From Macrostomum lignano (Eukaryota), in NCBI GenBank assembly GCA_002269645.1, contig NIVC01000319.1:372001-436000 (forward strand): 64,000 bases of DNA, given 5' to 3'. Made by a program: the position numbers and the translations under genes. This document shows positions 59,866 through 64,000 of this stretch, piece by piece. The stretch's first letter is position 1. The number at the start of each line of letters is the position of its first letter. The notes under the pieces were generated by a model. It did not search any database. It was not told where the DNA came from and was given only the letters and a program-made list of their open reading frames with translations.

Positions 59866-60630
59866 TCACCCGGAGGATTGAGACTGGTTTGCTGGGGGTT
59901 GGTGTTGTTTGTCACCGTGTTTTTACGAGCTCGTAACAGTTCTTTTTAAAGGAATTTTGATGTTCGTTTAGAATGACAAATTTCATCTAAAGTATTACAG
60001 AACCAAGCTGTACGTTTTATTCATCTAAACTGCTTGTCGCGACTTTCTTAAGTCATTTCTTTAGTTTACCTTCACTCTGTTTACTCTGTTTTCTCTCTAT
60101 CTCTCTGTCCAGCTCCACTTTGTTATTCTTATCTCTCTCCCTTGCTGCCTTCTGATTGGCTCTCCATTCTCGCCTCTCTTTAGTCGCGCACTCCACCCCT
60201 CTTTTTATTCTGGGCTCAACCACCCTCCTTAAGTTGGTTTATAAATACACTGGTTTAGGCCCTGCGCCCACTTTCTGCCCACAATAACAGTTTATTATCT
60301 AATTGTTCAGTTCAACCATAAGGCCTCTCCTTGGGCCAATGTACAGTGTAGAATTTACATTCACAATAAAGTTAAGGAGTTTTATGACAATCGCGCGGCG
60401 GGCTCGCAATTTAATTGCGGTGTTGACTGAATTTGTCGTTTACCAACCAGTCTGATAGACGATCGATGAAAGAGAGCGGGGGTATAAAGCTGGTCTGAAA
60501 CGGCTAAAATGCGGTGTGCGAAGCGTTTTTTCATCAACCCCCTAATCTGCTCTGATCTTGTTTGTGTTATTTTACAACACAGAGGATGGCGCAGTTGCAG
60601 ATGGGGGCTGTATGTTATGCGCCCAATTAA

Positions 60631-61399
60631 TCTCTACCTATAAAAATCAAAACTCTGTCTGTCTGTCTGTGGACAAATTACTTCGCTATGGACTCCCAAA
60701 CCGCTCAACCAAATTACACCAAACTTTACACCCACCCTAAACTTACTACGGAGAATGTCTTAGGCTACCTTTTAATTTCCTAGACTCAAGTCTTCCAACC
60801 TAAAAGTACAAAAAACTGCTCAAAATGCGCGATTTTTTCACTAAATCCTCCATAGCGCCGCTCCACTTCTACCGATTCTCTTCAAATTTGATACAGACAA
60901 TTTTCAACTATTTTGACACAATCGTGTAAAATTTCAAATCTTAAAGTTAATCCTGAAAGCCGCTGTGCACTTTTAAAGTTGGGCTGTTTTTTTCAGCGTA
61001 GCAACCACCCCAACCTCCGCCCGCCTGCCTCTCTTTCCCGATCTGGGCCCAGATGTGTAAAATGGTTTCAAAATTGACTAACTTTCAGCTGCCATAAGTT
61101 TTCTCCACGTAAAGCGATTGACTTCAAACTTGACACAATTCTTCATTGACTCATTCTCTGTCAAAATGTAAAATTTCAACTCTGTAACCCAATCAGAACA
61201 GAAACTGTAAGCACGTGAAGTTTGTCTGCTTTTTCTGTTGTTTGTGCCACTCACTCACTCATTCCCCCAGAGCCAGACGAAGGGTCAGGCGATAGGGCTC
61301 AATGTACATAGCGAATGTACAGTGTTTTGGAATAACTTTTTAATAGCCTTCGCTGTACCCCCGCGAGTGGAGAGGCTACGTTTAGCCATAACAGTTTAG
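60631..61399 (+). mobile_element. Probable non-autonomous Helitron
   Basis: A|TC 5' end followed by ctacctataaaa..(CTGT)n. Three internal degenerate repeats (ccgattctcttcaaatttgatacag-like). 3' hairpin GGCTA-CGTT-TAGCC 12 nt before a ..TTAG|T end. Confidence 0.55.
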
Positions 61400-61786
61400 T
61401 GAGAAATTCTAACCACTGCCTTCCCCTCTGTATAGGCAAACTCTGCAGCAGTTTAACAGTGGATGGCAATTGGCAAATCGAGGCAATCCAGCATGGTTTG
61501 TAAAAGCGAAATATTTATGAAAAGGCGATGCGATGCAATGAAATACAACCCTACTAAATTAGGCACACCATGGAAATTTTAAGTTTCTCTTAAAGTTTCT
61601 CTTAAACTTTGAAATTTAAATGGCCTAAGAAATGCGTATTTCCTTGGTTGTTAGACTGATGCAGACTGCAGTGGAGCTGAAGATACACAAATTCCTTTCA
61701 GGGCTGCAAATTGGCAAGAAAGATGACGTGATCAAAGCATGAGAACAACCATGAGAGTAGTACGTCCCACAAACTGGCTTTCGAAG

Positions 61787-62692
61787 CAGGGATCGGCAGA
61801 CTTTTACTTCAAAAGCCAGATAAAGAATCCAGCTTATGTGCGGGCCAGATGAGAGTGGAAAGGAGAAGGAATAGACTAATTAGTATTAGAAGAGAGGAGA
61901 GGCGAGAGGGGGATAAGAGAAAACATGGAAGATAAGAGGAGAGACAAGTGGTGAGGAGAGAGCAGAGAAGAAGGGAGGAAGAAGCGAGAGGAGGGGAGAA
62001 AGGAGGGAGAGGAAAGAGTAAATGTAAGAAGAGGGGAGAGATGAGACAGAGGATCGATGAGAGGAAAGTAGAGAAGAGTGAGAAGAGAGTAGAGATGAGA
62101 GAGCAGAAAGAAGATGACAGAGGGTCAAGAGGAGGAGAGGAGAGGAGAGAGTAGAAAGGATAAAGAAGAGAGGAGATAAGAGGGGGAGAGAGGAGTGAGA
62201 AGAGAAGAGATAGAGATAAGAGAGGGGTGTAAGAAGAGGGGAGAAAGGAGAGATGAGATTGTAGAGATGAGACAGATTAAAGGAGAGATGAGAGAGTAAA
62301 GATGAGAGATGAAAAAGGTGAGAGGAGAGTGCAGAGAGACGAGAGAAGACAAGAGAGGGAGACAGTATAGAAGAGGGAAGAGAAGAGAAGAGGAGAGGAG
62401 AAAGGAGAAAGGAAAGAGAGGAGTCAGAAGAGGTGAAAGAGAAGAGTACAGAGGAGATAAGTGAGAGAACGTATAAGAGAGTAAAGATGACAGATGAGAG
62501 AGCAGAGATGAGGGTGAACAGACGAGAGATGGGAGAGTAGAGAGAACAGAGGAGAGAGAAGAGAGAAGAGATTACAGAGACTAGAGGAGAGAGGAGAGAC
62601 AGGGAGAGAGAAGAGGAAATAGGAGAATGAAGAGGGGAGAGAGTAGAGAGGAGAAGAGAGATGGGAGAGGAGAGATAAGAGAGAGAGAGAGT

Positions 62693-62723
<31 letters not shown>

Positions 62724-63248
62724 CGCAGAGCAGAGAGAAACGAGAAGAGATAAGAGAGAAAAGATAAAAGAATAGAAAGGAGAGATGAGAGAGTAGAGGA
62801 GAGAGTTAAGAGATGAGAGAAAAGAATAGAGAGGAGAAGGAAGAGACGAGAGAGAAGAGGGGGAGAGAGGAGAGAGGAGAGGAGGGTCAACGAGAAACGA
62901 AAACGAAAACGAAAAAGTAGAGAGGAGGGAGGAGAGGAGAGAGAAAAGAAGAGGGAATTGAGATGAGATAAGAGATATGAAAGAGAAGAAAGATGAGGGA
63001 GGATACGAAAGAAGATGGGAGAGAGGAGAGAGGAGAGCAGAGAGAAAACAAAAAGTAGAAAGGAGAGAGGAGAGGAGAGAGAAAAGAATAGGGAAGAGAT
63101 GAGGGAAGATATGAGAGAAGAGAGGAGAGAAGAGAGAGGAGAGACGAGGGACAAGAGAGAAGAAAGGAAACAGAAGAGACGATAGAAATTTTAAAGGATC
63201 CAAGGGACATAGGGAGAGTACATATTGGCCAGAGTTTGCCAATACATG
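61787..63248. mobile_element. Degenerate Buster-type hAT MITE enclosing a 1.3-kb AG-rich tract
   Basis: Ends CAGGGATCGGCAGACT and (reverse complement) CATGTATTGGCAAACTCTGGCC resemble the 32437 TIR. Internal ttatgtgcgggccagat resembles 35240. Flanks tttcgaag/ttttagag match 5 of 8. Confidence 0.55.
61890..63180. repeat. AG-rich low-complexity tract
   Basis: Almost exclusively purines on the + strand. Confidence 0.97.
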
Positions 63249-63942
63249 TTTTAGAGTCAGACAGACATTGCCTGACATTCTGCGCAGTACCCCAGCCAAC
63301 AATATCAACGTTTGCCTCAAACCCTAATTTTACACGAATGTGCTCCATTTTATGTCTACCTCTATCCTACTAACTATTAACAAGTTTTTGTTTGTGTATG
63401 GCCTTAGATTTCAGAATACATGCAAAAGTAGTTCCGGGTATTGGAATTCCCCGGGTTCAAAATCCGCGGGTTTCAACAGCTTGTTCATATTTATTTGGAA
63501 AATTGGTATATGCTCGTAAAACTCCACAATTGGAAGTGGGTCAAATTCGAAAAACAATGTTTTTTAATGCTTGAAATCAAGTATTCGAATTTTTTATTTG
63601 AATTTGAACGCACCCCATGGGGCTTAAGAGAGCTTATATAAAACTTCAAACGATGAAAAATTCGATTTTAAAGTGGGTCAAATATTCGAAGAATTGTGTT
63701 TTTTATTGCTTTCAATGTTTGAATTTTGAATTTGAATGCCTCCGTGGGGGCTTATTGCGCCAATGCGCTGGTATTCTCTAATTTTATTTAGTCTTATTAT
63801 TTTCACGAGAAGCCTTCGAAAATTTGCGCAGTATTTTGACTGTTTCGAACTTTATTCGTCAGTGCAATTGTCAGTGCAATTGTTTTACTGTTTTCCTATG
63901 CAGCGACAGAGAACATATGATTCATAATTCTCTGCATTGCAG

Positions 63943-64000
63943 GCACGGGAGAGTCGGGCAAGTCGACTGTCCGCAAGCAGATGCAGATCATTCACATCAA
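63943..64000 (+). CDS. G-alpha exon 2 (P-loop), truncated by window end
   Basis: ttgcag|GC ACG GGA GAG TCG GGC AAG TCG ACT gives G|TGESGKSTVRKQMQIIHI, in phase with exon 1. Confidence 0.92.

Overview
Eukaryotic (animal) genomic DNA, extremely rich in micro- and minisatellites, with GC-rich Ala/Ser-rich exons. This style suggests a free-living flatworm such as Macrostomum, but that is inference only. Left (1-25 kb, minus strand): a voltage-gated proton channel (Hv1-like) gene. Its S1 and S2 exons are clear, and S3-S4 were not found and presumably lie left of the window. It has an unusually long (~135 aa) S1-S2 loop and five candidate upstream exons that all end in phase-2 GTGAG donors compatible with one common acceptor. 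Middle (27.9-43.3 kb): a nested transposon stack. It comprises a solo LTR and a young 14.1-kb Ty3/gypsy element (1039-bp LTRs, ATAT TSD, tRNA-Leu PBS, GGGAAAC frameshift site, two in-frame TAGs). That element carries an intact Buster-type hAT transposon and a hAT MITE that splits a hidden 213-aa third ORF. Right (46-64 kb, plus strand): a 4-exon Shc adaptor gene (PTB+SH2, GC-AG first intron, no YxN Grb2 motif in the predicted protein) with an internally deleted piggyBac in intron 2. Then come the first two exons of a Gq-like G-protein alpha subunit, whose intron holds a probable non-autonomous Helitron and a satellite-filled hAT MITE. No CRISPR, rRNA or tRNA genes were seen.
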